A stretch of DNA of 64,000 nucleotides from Minisyncoccota bacterium (GTDB lineage Bacteria > Patescibacteriota > Minisyncoccia > Phycocordibacterales > JBAYGS01): the NCBI GenBank assembly GCA_041666545.1, contig JBAYGS010000001.1, positions 153,942 to 217,941 of the forward strand. The letters run 5' to 3'. Positions 9,974 to 19,530 of this stretch are shown one piece after another. The notes under the pieces were generated by a model. It was not told where the DNA came from and did no database searches. It saw nothing but the letters and a program-made list of their open reading frames with translations. Made by a program: the position numbers and the translations under genes. Position 1 is the first letter of the stretch. The number at the start of each line of letters is the position of its first letter.

Positions 9974-10327
9974 TTACTTGAGCGCCGTAATCTTAACTTG
10001 GAAGAAATCTTGTCGGTGTCCGGCCTTTTTGTAGTATCGGCTCTTTTGCTTGTAGTGGATGACAGTCACCTTTGGCAATCGGCCAATCTTTTCAATTTCG
10101 GCCTCAACTTTGGCACCGGAAATGTAAGGGGTGCCGATAGTGGTATCTTGGCCATTATCAACCAAAAGCACCTTATCAAAGGAAACTTTGCCACCAACCT
10201 GGTGCTCGCCCTGAAGTTTCTCGATTCGCACTGATTCACCCACGGAAACCTTGTACTGTTTTCCGCCAGTAGCAATAACCGCAAATTCTTCAGTCTTATT
10301 TGGTTTTGCGCCTTTCTTGATTGGCAT
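9974..10327 (-). CDS. rplU: 50S ribosomal protein L21
   Basis: FAVIATGGKQYKVSVG, GHRQ. Confidence 0.96.
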   Translation of the reverse strand: MPIKKGAKPNKTEEFAVIATGGKQYKVSVGESVRIEKLQGEHQVGGKVSFDKVLLVDNGQDTTIGTPYISGAKVEAEIEKIGRLPKVTVIHYKQKSRYYKKAGHRQDFFQVKITALK

Positions 10328-10447
10328 AATGGGACTATTTTACACAAAGCCAATTAAAAAGCAAGTGCACGAATAGCGAGACCACGAATACGCACACACG
10401 AATATAAAGATATGGAAAACCCCTAAGGTTGCGACGAACTCGCAAGA

Positions 10448-11545
10448 TTACCCCTCCAGTTCATCACTCTCCGGCTTAGCTAGGAGCGCCGGCTCAATTT
10501 TGGCCGAAACGCCGGTAATTTTTAGGATGTCTTTATCAATTTTTTTAAATTCCTTACCGGAAATATTGTACTGATTTACCGCCGTGGAGAGAGCGTTGCC
10601 AAGCTTATTGTGGTACTCATCATAGCTCTTTAAATGCTTCATTAGGCCATCAACATTCTTCACAATCTCTTTGGCCTGCTCCTCGATTTGCATCGCTTTT
10701 AGGCCCTGTAAAACGGTCTGCAGATAGGCCAAAAACGAGGTCGGCGAAACAATTATCACTTTGTACTTCCCCGCCGCCCGTTGAATTAGGTTTTCCGTAT
10801 CGTCGGCTAAAGCGCCGATTTTATTGATTAACAGATCATAGTAAATCGCCTCGTGCGGAATAAACATAAAAGCAAAGTCCATCGTCCCCTCGCCCGGCCT
10901 GATATATTTCGAAGTCTCAACAATTCGATTTTTTAAATCATTGACGAAAATTTTTTCCAGTTTTTCCTTTTCCGCCGGATTTCTCTCTTCAACTAAACGG
11001 TTGTAGTTTTCCAAGGAAAACTTTGAGTCAACCGGAATAATTTTATCCTTTACCCGCACAATCGCATCGACAATCTCGCCATTTTTAAAAGCATACTGCA
11101 TTTGATAATTCCCCGGAGGCAAAACATTTTTCAAAAGGGTTTCTAGATAGTACTCCCCCAAAATCCCCCGCTGTTTTGGATTTTTCAAAATATCTTGAAG
11201 CGACTGCAGTTGGTCAGCAAAAGTCACCATGTTTTTGCCGGTCTCCTCAACTCTCGCCACCTTGTCGGCGATGTTGGAAAGCTCCTTTAAAAATTGCCCT
11301 GTCACATTTCGGCTTTCACTTAATTGCATCTTTACAGAATCATTCATTTGCCTGGTCCCCTCGCCAATCTTGGCATCGACGGTGCGAGACAATTCGTTGA
11401 CCTGCTGAAGCAAAAGCTTCATACCATTAGTTTCCGCCTCCTCATTCGCACCCGCTCGGCTATTAAATTTCATAATTAAAAAAATAACCGCGCCAATTAG
11501 GATCGCGACCAAAACCGTAAGAATAATCAAAAGTGTGTCTGACAT
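10448..11545 (-). CDS. rmuC: DNA recombination protein RmuC family
   Basis: N-terminal TM + coiled coil, RGILGE, VDSKF, DFAFMFIP, VSPTSF. Confidence 0.9.
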   Translation of the reverse strand: MSDTLLIILTVLVAILIGAVIFLIMKFNSRAGANEEAETNGMKLLLQQVNELSRTVDAKIGEGTRQMNDSVKMQLSESRNVTGQFLKELSNIADKVARVEETGKNMVTFADQLQSLQDILKNPKQRGILGEYYLETLLKNVLPPGNYQMQYAFKNGEIVDAIVRVKDKIIPVDSKFSLENYNRLVEERNPAEKEKLEKIFVNDLKNRIVETSKYIRPGEGTMDFAFMFIPHEAIYYDLLINKIGALADDTENLIQRAAGKYKVIIVSPTSFLAYLQTVLQGLKAMQIEEQAKEIVKNVDGLMKHLKSYDEYHNKLGNALSTAVNQYNISGKEFKKIDKDILKITGVSAKIEPALLAKPESDELEG

Positions 11546-11633
11546 AAAAACATTATACTCCAGAAGACTGGAAAGTATAAGGTATCGGGTATATAGTATA
11601 TGGTATTAAGACCAAATTTTTACTCACCTTACC

Positions 11634-12086
11634 ATGTCTCTACAAAACGATATTCGAAGCCAAGTCAAAGACGCTATGCTCAAACGCGAGGCGGTGCGTT
11701 TAGGAGTCTTGCGTGGCCTCCTGGCCGCTTTCACCAACGAATTGGTCGCCAAAGGCAAAAAGCCGGACCAAGAGTTAGCCGATGAAGATGTCCTCACGGT
11801 AATCAAACGCTCGGTCAAGCAACGAAAGGATTCAATCGAGCAATTCAAAGCCGGCAACCGTGACGATTTGGCTGAAAGTGAAGCTGCCGAATTGAAAATT
11901 CTAGAAACCTTTCTCCCTCAAATGATGAGCGAAGCCGACATCACAAAAGTCGCCGAGGCCAAAAAAAAGGAACTAGGAGTGACCGATAATAGCAAACTCG
12001 GTGTCTTAGTCGGAGCCGTGATGAAAGAGCTTAAAGGCCAAGCTGACGGCGCCACCGTTAAAAAAGTAGTGGAATCCTTGTTTTAA
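11634..12086 (+). CDS. GatB/YqeY domain protein
   Basis: KQRKDSIEQF..GNRDDLAE.E..EL.ILE.FLPQ, GQADG. Confidence 0.93.
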   Translation: MSLQNDIRSQVKDAMLKREAVRLGVLRGLLAAFTNELVAKGKKPDQELADEDVLTVIKRSVKQRKDSIEQFKAGNRDDLAESEAAELKILETFLPQMMSEADITKVAEAKKKELGVTDNSKLGVLVGAVMKELKGQADGATVKKVVESLF

Positions 12087-12089
12087 ATC

Positions 12090-12722
12090 ATGAGCCCACA
12101 AAGCAAAACCCGCGCTCTGATTATTTTATTCCGAACGATTTTACTAATCGCCATTATTACGGTGATTGTTTTTGCCGGGCGCAATAGCTCAAAAATCCTA
12201 GCCCGAAACGGTAGCTTGATCGGCCCCCAAACTGCCGGGCTTTTTGGCGGTTTTAAGTACAAAGCTTACGGTAATAGCGCCCTAAGTTATCAGCTGAGTT
12301 GCGAGGAATTTGCGGCCGCCGACATGCCTGTCGGAGATACCGTTATTAGCAAGAGTGTTCCCAAAAATCAGATTTTTGCTGACTCCCAAGAGTTGGCCGA
12401 TGAGATGGCCCTCGCTTTTCTTAAAAGCCAGGTCACTGACGAGCTAACCTGCTACAATTCGGACCAAGAATACATCGCCACCTGTGAACCTCCAACAGTT
12501 GGGGAATATACTGTCGTGGTTCCAGCATACAGCTTCAGCGGTAAACTTTATGACGCAGGTTATGCCACCTTACTGAACCCTGCAGGCACCATGGTTAATA
12601 GCATTTGTGTAAGCCCAAACTGTCGAGCTAGGGCTGCCGCCAAAATTGCCGCCTTAAAAGAGCTGAAGTGCGAACTGCCCGACACATCAGGCTATGTGCC
12701 CGCAGCCGATGGATCCATATAA
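12090..12722 (+). CDS. Hypothetical membrane-anchored Cys-containing protein
   Basis: 210-aa ORF with N-terminal TM, 3 nt after yqeY. Confidence 0.6.
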   Translation: MSPQSKTRALIILFRTILLIAIITVIVFAGRNSSKILARNGSLIGPQTAGLFGGFKYKAYGNSALSYQLSCEEFAAADMPVGDTVISKSVPKNQIFADSQELADEMALAFLKSQVTDELTCYNSDQEYIATCEPPTVGEYTVVVPAYSFSGKLYDAGYATLLNPAGTMVNSICVSPNCRARAAAKIAALKELKCELPDTSGYVPAADGSI

Positions 12723-12799
12723 GAAAACCGGGCTTTTCTTCTACTATTGACTTCTCCATATAAAGTATGGTAGTATGGCGGTAGATTGGAGAATAATTT

Positions 12800-13030
12800 A
12801 TGAAGACTGTTTCCGCTTCGAGGTGCCACGCGCTCCTCAACTTCGCTCGAACGATTGCTGACCGGCCCGAGTTGGCAGAAGTAATCGGCAATCGACCGGT
12901 ATCGCCTTTAAGCAAGGCTCAACAGGATCGCCTGAAACGGACCGAAAGCCCTTCTTTGAAAAGGCTCGCCCAAAGGGCCGCGTTAAGTCAGGACGCTGTG
13001 GCCGGACAAGGCCGACTCCCCTTGCCATAA
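12800..13030 (+). CDS. Orphan small protein
   Basis: TTGACT-N18-TAGTAT promoter, GGAG SD, downstream hairpin aaacggcga..tcgccgttttt. Confidence 0.5.
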   Translation: MKTVSASRCHALLNFARTIADRPELAEVIGNRPVSPLSKAQQDRLKRTESPSLKRLAQRAALSQDAVAGQGRLPLP

Positions 13031-13110
13031 GGCTCGATCCTAAAACGGCGAACCCCTCGCCGTTTTTATATTTTCGTGTAGAATTAAAGCTGGATAGTCT
13101 TGTACCAACC

Positions 13111-13467
13111 TCAACCAAAGGCAGTTATGGCAGTGATGATGTTCCGAGTCTCAGGCAGTTCTGGTATCGGCAGTGGTAGTCGCGGTCTCATTCCTTCAGG
13201 ATTGCGTTCGGGTTCCTTGTTTGGTGGTAGCATAGGCAGCCACGGCAAAACCCCCACAGCGTCCGAAGAAGCCCCGCCGCGAAAATCCTTCAAGCCCAAC
13301 CGGCACACCGAACGAGTGAAGCCCGAAACCAGAAAATGCCCGCCCCCTTGGCACCATTGAACATCAGCAACTTTCACTATTAAGGCGCGGACTCTGTCCG
13401 CGCCTTTTCTTTTTGATAAATTTAAAGGCGCGCGGTGAATTTTAATCACCCGCGCGCCACTCTTCAA
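13111..13467 (-). CDS. Hypothetical protein (possibly coupled to upstream ORF)
   Basis: TTG start overlaps the TGA stop of the ORF at 13464; no recognisable motif. Confidence 0.35.
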   Translation of the reverse strand: MKSGARVIKIHRAPLNLSKRKGADRVRALIVKVADVQWCQGGGHFLVSGFTRSVCRLGLKDFRGGASSDAVGVLPWLPMLPPNKEPERNPEGMRPRLPLPIPELPETRNIITAITAFG

Positions 13468-13682
13468 AATTCCAAAACCTCTTCGGGAGGAATGTCGATT
13501 TTATCTTGAAGGCAACAGCCGACATTTTGCCAAACCCCTTTGGTATACCGGACTCGAACCGGAGTCATCGGCACCGTGTCGTAATCGTCCACAATCCAAT
13601 AGGCCCAGGTGCCTTCTTGTTGCCAATCGGCAATCATGGTCCTAGTTCGGTCCACAATCATTCCGGTCATATTATTCATCAT
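13464..13682 (-). CDS. Orphan small protein
   Basis: AAAGGGA SD and TTGACA-N16-TAGTCT promoter upstream. Confidence 0.55.
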   Translation of the reverse strand: MMNNMTGMIVDRTRTMIADWQQEGTWAYWIVDDYDTVPMTPVRVRYTKGVWQNVGCCLQDKIDIPPEEVLEF

Positions 13683-13744
13683 AAATTCCCTTTCTCGTTT
13701 CTGTCTTAAGACTACACATTTATGACAAGCTGTCAAACCCGCAC

Positions 13745-13890
13745 AAACAAAAACCCCGCGAATCGCTTCGCGGGGTTTTTGTTTTTAGCTTTAGCGACAC
13801 CAGTCTGCGCTCTTTAGTTATTAGTTTTTAAATTAATTTTATAATGTAAGAGCGCAGGCTGGTGTGGCCCGAATTCAATGTTCATCTGTT
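13745..13890 (-). ncRNA. Candidate ~145-nt small RNA or leader transcript with a 23-codon ORF (13814-13885)
   Basis: TTGACA-N17-TATACT promoter (13893-13921), 18-bp stem with AU-rich loop, strong terminator ccccgcgaa..ttcgcggggttttt. Confidence 0.5.
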
Positions 13891-13927
13891 AGAGTATAGC
13901 ATACGCCACCTTTTTTGTCAAGTATTT

Positions 13928-15976
13928 TCATTCTTTCTTCCTCCTGACCTTACTTTTTGACTTATTAGAGCCACTTTTGACTTTGATCGCCTCAATTTCA
14001 TCTCTCATTAAAGCGGCTGTCTCAAAGTCCAGCACCTTTACGGCTTCATTCATCTGCTTTTCTTTTTCTTTAATTAGTTTGCGGATATTCTTGCCGAACA
14101 ATTGGGTATCAATTTCAACGAGCGAGGCCACAGCTTTGTCATGCTCACTTCTCATCTCCTCGGTGATATCGTGAATCTTTTTAATAATCGTCTGCGGAGT
14201 TATACCGTGCTTTGTATTGTAAGCAACCTGGATCTCTCGTCGGCGATTAGTCTCGTCGAGCGCCCGCTTGATTGAACCGGTCACCACATCAGCATAAAGA
14301 ATCACCCGCCCGTGCACATTTCGCGCCGCTCGGCCGATAGTTTGAATGAGTGAAGTATCCGAACGCAAAAAGCCTTCCTTGTCGGCATCAAGAATTCCAA
14401 TAAGCTCGACTTCCGGCAAGTCCAAACCTTCACGCAAAAGGTTCACGCCGACAATACAATCGAATTTGCCGCGTCGGAATTCAGTTAGAATATCGATTCG
14501 ATCAATCGTCTTGATATCACTGTGTAAGTATTCAGCTTTGATGCCACGTTCTTTGAGAAATTCACTTAAATCCTCGGCCATCTTCTTGGTCAAAGTCGTG
14601 GCAATTACCCGACCGCCGTGTTTAATGGTTTTCTCGGCTTCTTCAATAAAATCCTTCACCTGACCCAAATATTCTTTACTCGAAACAACCGGCTTAATAT
14701 CCACAACCGGGTCAATAAGTCCGGTCGGACGAATCACCTGTTCAACAATCTGTTGACTCTTTTCCCTTTCGAAATTGCTCGGCGTGGCCGAAGTATAAAT
14801 TACCTGGCCGACTCGTTTTTCAAATTCATCAAACTTCAAAGGCCGGTTATCCTTCGCTGACGGCAAGCGAAAACCGAAATCAACCAAGGTTTTTTTCCGC
14901 GAGGCGTCGCCGGCATACATACCATTAAGTTGTGGCACGGTCACGTGCGATTCGTCGATGATAGTGAGAAAATCCGGTGAGCCGTCAGCCTTGTGCGGGA
15001 AATATGAAAGTAAGGTATCAGGCGCTTCGCCAGGCTTTTTACCGGAAAAATGGCGCGAGTAATTTTCGATACCATTGCAATAGCCAACTTCTCGAATAAG
15101 CGCTAGGTCATAATTGGTCCGACGCTTCAGACGCTCTACTTCGAGCACCTTGCCTTCCTTCTTCAAAACCTTCAACTGCTCTTCAAGCTCGAGTTTAATG
15201 TCGGCAATCGCGCGAGCCCGCTCTGCCTCCGGTGTCACGAAATGTTTGGCCGGAAAGATAAAAATCGAATCCAGCCCACCGATTTCGGAACGCGAAATCG
15301 CATCGATCTGCCGAATTTTCTCAATTATCTCCTCGCTAAATTCAAATCGGTAAATTACCTTCTCGTTGACAGGCATCACTTCGACCGTATTCCCCACTGC
15401 CCGAAATTTACCCGGCTCAAGATCGGCATTGGTGCGCTCGAAATAAATCCCAATCAATTTTCTAATCATTTCGGCACGAGAAATCTTGTCACCAATTTTT
15501 AACTTTAAATTCACTTTTTCGTATTCTTCCGGACTGCCCAAGCCATAAATACAGGAGACCGAGGCTACAATAATCACATCCTTGCGGGTGAGTAAGGCTT
15601 GAGTCGAAGCGTGACGCAGGCGCTCAATCTCCTCGTTAATCATCGCCTCCTTCTCAATATAAGTGTCGGAAACCGGCATATAGGCTTCCGGTTGATAGTA
15701 GTCGTAATAAGAGACAAAATAGTGAACGGCGTTCTCTGGAAAGAATTCCCGATACTCCTGGGCCAGTTGGGCCGCGAGAGTTTTGTTGTGAGCAATTACC
15801 AAAGTCGGCTTTTGGATTTGCTCAATCACATTAGCAACGGTAAAAGTCTTGCCCGAACCGGTCACGCCCAAAAGAGTCTGTTTGGTAAGGCCCTTTCTAA
15901 CCCCTGAAACCAGGGCCTTGATTGCCGTAGGTTGGTCTCCTGCTGGTTCATAACCAGTTCTTAGCTTAAATTCCAT
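13928..15976 (-). CDS. uvrB: Excinuclease ABC subunit B
   Basis: GDQP, GVTGSGKT, YFVSYYDYYQPEAY, DESH, NLLREGLD, C-terminal UVR domain. Confidence 0.98.
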   Translation of the reverse strand: MEFKLRTGYEPAGDQPTAIKALVSGVRKGLTKQTLLGVTGSGKTFTVANVIEQIQKPTLVIAHNKTLAAQLAQEYREFFPENAVHYFVSYYDYYQPEAYMPVSDTYIEKEAMINEEIERLRHASTQALLTRKDVIIVASVSCIYGLGSPEEYEKVNLKLKIGDKISRAEMIRKLIGIYFERTNADLEPGKFRAVGNTVEVMPVNEKVIYRFEFSEEIIEKIRQIDAISRSEIGGLDSIFIFPAKHFVTPEAERARAIADIKLELEEQLKVLKKEGKVLEVERLKRRTNYDLALIREVGYCNGIENYSRHFSGKKPGEAPDTLLSYFPHKADGSPDFLTIIDESHVTVPQLNGMYAGDASRKKTLVDFGFRLPSAKDNRPLKFDEFEKRVGQVIYTSATPSNFEREKSQQIVEQVIRPTGLIDPVVDIKPVVSSKEYLGQVKDFIEEAEKTIKHGGRVIATTLTKKMAEDLSEFLKERGIKAEYLHSDIKTIDRIDILTEFRRGKFDCIVGVNLLREGLDLPEVELIGILDADKEGFLRSDTSLIQTIGRAARNVHGRVILYADVVTGSIKRALDETNRRREIQVAYNTKHGITPQTIIKKIHDITEEMRSEHDKAVASLVEIDTQLFGKNIRKLIKEKEKQMNEAVKVLDFETAALMRDEIEAIKVKSGSNKSKSKVRRKKE

Positions 15977-16157
15977 CGCAACACTATACAACAAAATCCT
16001 TAACTTTAATACCTTTGTTTGTTGTAGGTTGTGGGCTATTAGTTGTCAGTTCCCAACTCTCGTTTTATTCGCATGCCCTATTTGTAAGGGTTCCCAACAA
16101 AAAAGCCCCGGCATTATGCCGAGGCATTTGCAAACCCACCCAAAGATTGCTCAAGAA

Positions 16158-16526
16158 TTATCCCGGAGCATAACCCGCAAATGGAGACTGATTCTCCAGG
16201 CCTAGGCAATCTCGCTTCCGCTGTCTGGCCTGACATTCGGCTGTGGCCCGACTAACGAGCCAATCGTTCCTGCGCGCCAGCCGAATTTCCTCGCGCTTCG
16301 TCATGGTAATCCAGCTGTTATAGCCGTCTCGGTTCCAGAAGACAACTTTTTGAGTTGCTGGGACATTCGCGTCACCAACAACCCGATAACCCTCCTGACC
16401 GTGTCTGGGCATAGCGATTTTCCCGCAGGCCGGAGTTGTGTAAACTTCATCTCGCTTGAATTTGAATTGCGACAGTTCAGCGTAAACCGGTTCGTGCGAG
16501 GTCTTCATAACCATCTCGGGTGTCAT
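16158..16526 (-). CDS. Orphan protein downstream of a putative attenuator
   Basis: ATG at 16526 with AAAGG SD; terminator-like hairpin ~16103-16127 downstream. Confidence 0.55.
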   Translation of the reverse strand: MTPEMVMKTSHEPVYAELSQFKFKRDEVYTTPACGKIAMPRHGQEGYRVVGDANVPATQKVVFWNRDGYNSWITMTKREEIRLARRNDWLVSRATAECQARQRKRDCLGLENQSPFAGYAPG

Positions 16527-16593
16527 TTTATACCTTTCTCTTTGTTGTGCTTTATTGAGTTTTACCGAAGGAACAATCCGCCTAGCATAAGCC

Positions 16594-16773
16594 AAACGAA
16601 GAGCCCTCAAGCTTTTGACTTGAGGGCTCGTTTTTAATGTTGAGATAAATTTTCTTAACACCAAGAACCAACCCTCAAATCTTCTGTGAGGACAGGCAAA
16701 TTCTTAATGGAAATGTAGGAATGAATTTTCATTGGTGTCGGTAAATCCTAGCAAAACCTGTGCATTTTGTCAC
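16594..16773 (-). promoter_or_regulatory. Putative leader-peptide attenuator (leader ORF 16655-16732, terminator 16601-16629)
   Basis: 25-aa leader MKIHSYISIKNLPVLTEDLRVGSWC; its 3' end pairs 22/24 nt (G-U included) with the segment containing the terminator 5' arm. Confidence 0.65.
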
Positions 16774-16821
16774 CTCTTTTTAGCTTCTCCTGTGGATATC
16801 CGGCATTCTCTACACAGTTTC

Positions 16822-16864
16822 TCTACATAGGGCAGTCCTATGTCATAGGACTGCCCTATGTAGA
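16822..16864. repeat. 43-bp perfect palindrome
   Basis: tctacatagggcagtcctatg-t-cataggactgccctatgtaga. Confidence 0.9.
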
Positions 16865-16932
16865 ATCACTTGCAAAATAGTCAGGAACGAGTAGGATGAT
16901 TTGAGGAAAACTTGTTTAAAAGAAAGGACTAT

Positions 16933-17535
16933 ATGGCGACCAACCTAAAATCACTTAGGAAGGATCAATTAATGGTTCTCCTGGTCGAAGCAGTAGTGGA
17001 GAAAAGAACCGATGACATCACGGCATTCAGCAATGAACTGCTTGATCGGATACCTCCGGAGGCTGAGCCCGGATTGGTGCTTGATGTCGAACTCCAGGAG
17101 CTTGGCGCGGCAGATACTCTGGAGCTTCAAGCACCTGAACCGCCGGTAGAGCATCCGATATGCCCGACCTGCAAGACTGTGAGGACTTGGGTCCGAGACC
17201 ACTTCACCTGCACATATTGCAATCAACAACTGTGTCCCGACGGCGGAAGCAACCCGATACCCGGCAAATTTGTTGAAGCGGACGGAGGCGGAGTAGCGTT
17301 TCAACACGGTGTTGTGCCGGACGGTGGTGATCAAAGGAGAATTACCGGTGGCAATCCTCCGGAATGCCCGAAATGTGGTGGCGGAATGATGCCGGATGAA
17401 TCAGTTTACCGATGCATTACTTGCGGTCACGCGGTTGGCAATCCGCCAACGTGTTCAGATTGCGGCACATTGACCACACCTGACGGTGCAGTTTACAAAT
17501 GTTTAAACTGCGGACATGTCATGGGCGACCACTAG
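16933..17535 (+). CDS. Orphan protein with repeated zinc ribbons
   Basis: Three CxxC...CxxC units; the last two are a 28-aa tandem duplication; AAAGGA SD. Confidence 0.7.
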   Translation: MATNLKSLRKDQLMVLLVEAVVEKRTDDITAFSNELLDRIPPEAEPGLVLDVELQELGAADTLELQAPEPPVEHPICPTCKTVRTWVRDHFTCTYCNQQLCPDGGSNPIPGKFVEADGGGVAFQHGVVPDGGDQRRITGGNPPECPKCGGGMMPDESVYRCITCGHAVGNPPTCSDCGTLTTPDGAVYKCLNCGHVMGDH

Positions 17536-17575
17536 CCTGCCGGAAAAATCAAAGCGAGACCTGAGTCTCGCTTTT

Positions 17576-18814
17576 TTACTTGTAGGTTTTTAGAAAGCTA
17601 TTCTTAAATTCTTCGAAATTACCGTCGAGAATTGACTGACGGATTTTATCTACCAAATTAACCAAAAAATACAGGTTATGAATTGAAGCCAGTGGATGAA
17701 AAGTTAATTCGTGGGCACGGTGAAGAAAGGAGAGATACGCGACTGAATAATTTTTACAGGTATAACAGCCACAGCCTTTTTCAATCGGGCCCAGATCTTC
17801 CCGATACTGATTATTTTCAATGTGAATTCTCCCCTCTTTGGTATAAAGCGTGCCATTTCTTGCAGTGCGAGTTGGAGCCACGCAGTCAAAAGTGTCACAA
17901 CCATTTTCAATCGCCAAAAACATATCTTCCGGTTCGCCGATACCCAAAAGGTGTCGCGGTTTTTCTTCAGGCAAAATTTTGTTGACCAAACCAACTGAAA
18001 GACCGATATCGGTCTTATCAAATGAGCCACCGATGCCGAAACCGTCAAAATCCATCTTCCCTATTACTTCGGCGCTTTCTTTTCTTAAATCTTGAAATCT
18101 ACCACCTTGCACGATACCAAATAGGGCTTGTTTTCTGTTTCCCTCTCCAACTTTCAACTTTTCACTTTCAGCTTGCAACTCGCGATGCCTTTCCAGGCTT
18201 CGCGCTGCCCATCTATGCGTTCGTTCCATCGCCTCCTTTTGATATTTTTTGTCGGCTGTCGGCGAGGTGCATTCGTCAAAGGCAAAAATAATATCGGCGC
18301 CAAGATTGCGTTGGATCTCCATCGATTTTTCCGGCGTAAAAAAATGCTTACTGCCATCGCGGTAGGATTTAAACTCCACACCGTCCTCGGTAATTTTTGC
18401 GAGTGGCTCCTGGTCGGTACTACGAGCAAAATTTTTGGTCGAATCGGCCGCTTCAGTCTCGCCTTTTGAAAGTTTGGTGATTGTCGTACCGAAAGCCACA
18501 CCAAGCGAAAAAGCCTGGAATCCGCCGGAGTCGGTGAAGGTTGGGCCTTGCCAATTCATCATTTTAGGAAAACCCCCGGCCTTTTTCACCAACTCATCGC
18601 CCGGTTCCAAATATAAGTGGTAGGTATTCGCCAAAACCGCTTGCGCGCCCAAACCTTTGACCTGCTCAACCGTCAGTGATTTCACATTGGCTTTAGTGGC
18701 AACCACAATAAAAGCCGGCGTTTTGATTTCGCCGTGGGGAGTTTGGATTACACCCGCTCGTCCCAAACCATTCGCAAGTTTTTTCTCAATTTTAAAACCA
18801 AATTCCTTAGTCAT
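17576..18814 (-). CDS. tgt: tRNA-guanine transglycosylase
   Basis: TPHGEIKTPAF, ANTYHL, TDSGGFQ, FGIVQGG, DCVAPTR, CxCxxC...H zinc site. Confidence 0.96.
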   Translation of the reverse strand: MTKEFGFKIEKKLANGLGRAGVIQTPHGEIKTPAFIVVATKANVKSLTVEQVKGLGAQAVLANTYHLYLEPGDELVKKAGGFPKMMNWQGPTFTDSGGFQAFSLGVAFGTTITKLSKGETEAADSTKNFARSTDQEPLAKITEDGVEFKSYRDGSKHFFTPEKSMEIQRNLGADIIFAFDECTSPTADKKYQKEAMERTHRWAARSLERHRELQAESEKLKVGEGNRKQALFGIVQGGRFQDLRKESAEVIGKMDFDGFGIGGSFDKTDIGLSVGLVNKILPEEKPRHLLGIGEPEDMFLAIENGCDTFDCVAPTRTARNGTLYTKEGRIHIENNQYREDLGPIEKGCGCYTCKNYSVAYLSFLHRAHELTFHPLASIHNLYFLVNLVDKIRQSILDGNFEEFKNSFLKTYK

Positions 18815-18853
18815 GTCAATCAAAATTAACAGAGAAATTCAAGATAAGCAAAC

Positions 18854-18891
18854 GGCCCGCCGAATTTTGCGGAGCAAAAATTCGGCGGGCC
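18854..18891. repeat. REP-like hairpin
   Basis: ggcccgccgaatttt...aaaattcggcgggcc inverted repeat without a U-tail. Confidence 0.6.
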
Positions 18892-18914
18892 CAATCTGCT
18901 TTCATCAAATTAGA

Positions 18915-19385
18915 TTACTTTACATCGAGCATTTCAACCTCGAAGACCAGAGTGGAATTGGCCGGAATTGGGCCAACTTGCTGGCTACCATAAGCCTCAC
19001 TCGGTGGCACGGTAATCACCCGCTTACCGCCAACTTTCATTCCAGCTAGACCCTTATCAAAACCCGGAATAACTTGTCCGGAGCCCAGTACGAAGCCGAA
19101 AGGCGCTTTTCCAAGATTCGTGTCAAAAACTTGGCCATCGGTAAATTTGCCGGTGTAGTTTACACTCACCGTCTTGCCGGCCACAGCTTCTACACCTGTG
19201 CCGATTAGCACATCGTCGACGACGATCGCCTCCGAGCCGGAGTCCTGAACGACCGGCGCGGCCGTTTGTGCTTTGTTGGTGAAATTGATTCCTGAGCCAA
19301 TAGGATTTTCGAATAAAACCAGTGCGAGGAGGATTACGATTGCAACAGCGACTGCAATCGCCTCTTTAGTCGAAAGTGATTTCAT
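18915..19385 (-). CDS. FKBP-type peptidyl-prolyl cis-trans isomerase with N-terminal anchor
   Basis: VNYTG..DGQVFD, VIPGFD, GGKR, AYG, IPANSTLVFEVE. Confidence 0.95.
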   Translation of the reverse strand: MKSLSTKEAIAVAVAIVILLALVLFENPIGSGINFTNKAQTAAPVVQDSGSEAIVVDDVLIGTGVEAVAGKTVSVNYTGKFTDGQVFDTNLGKAPFGFVLGSGQVIPGFDKGLAGMKVGGKRVITVPPSEAYGSQQVGPIPANSTLVFEVEMLDVK

Positions 19386-19530
19386 AATAATTTAAACTAA
19401 ATTAAAACCGCGTTAATAGTTCCTCTATTATAGTACGAAAGCCAAGCTCAACAAAGCACTCTTCCACAGATTAATAGCTTGCCCCGACTCTTGCCCTAGC
19501 GTACAATTGCCCTAATTAAACTTAAAAAAT

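Noticed and set aside
16791-16799. DnaA-box-like 9-mers (also 29926-29934) as a replication origin
   Set aside because: Isolated single-mismatch hits, not clustered, and no dnaA/dnaN nearby
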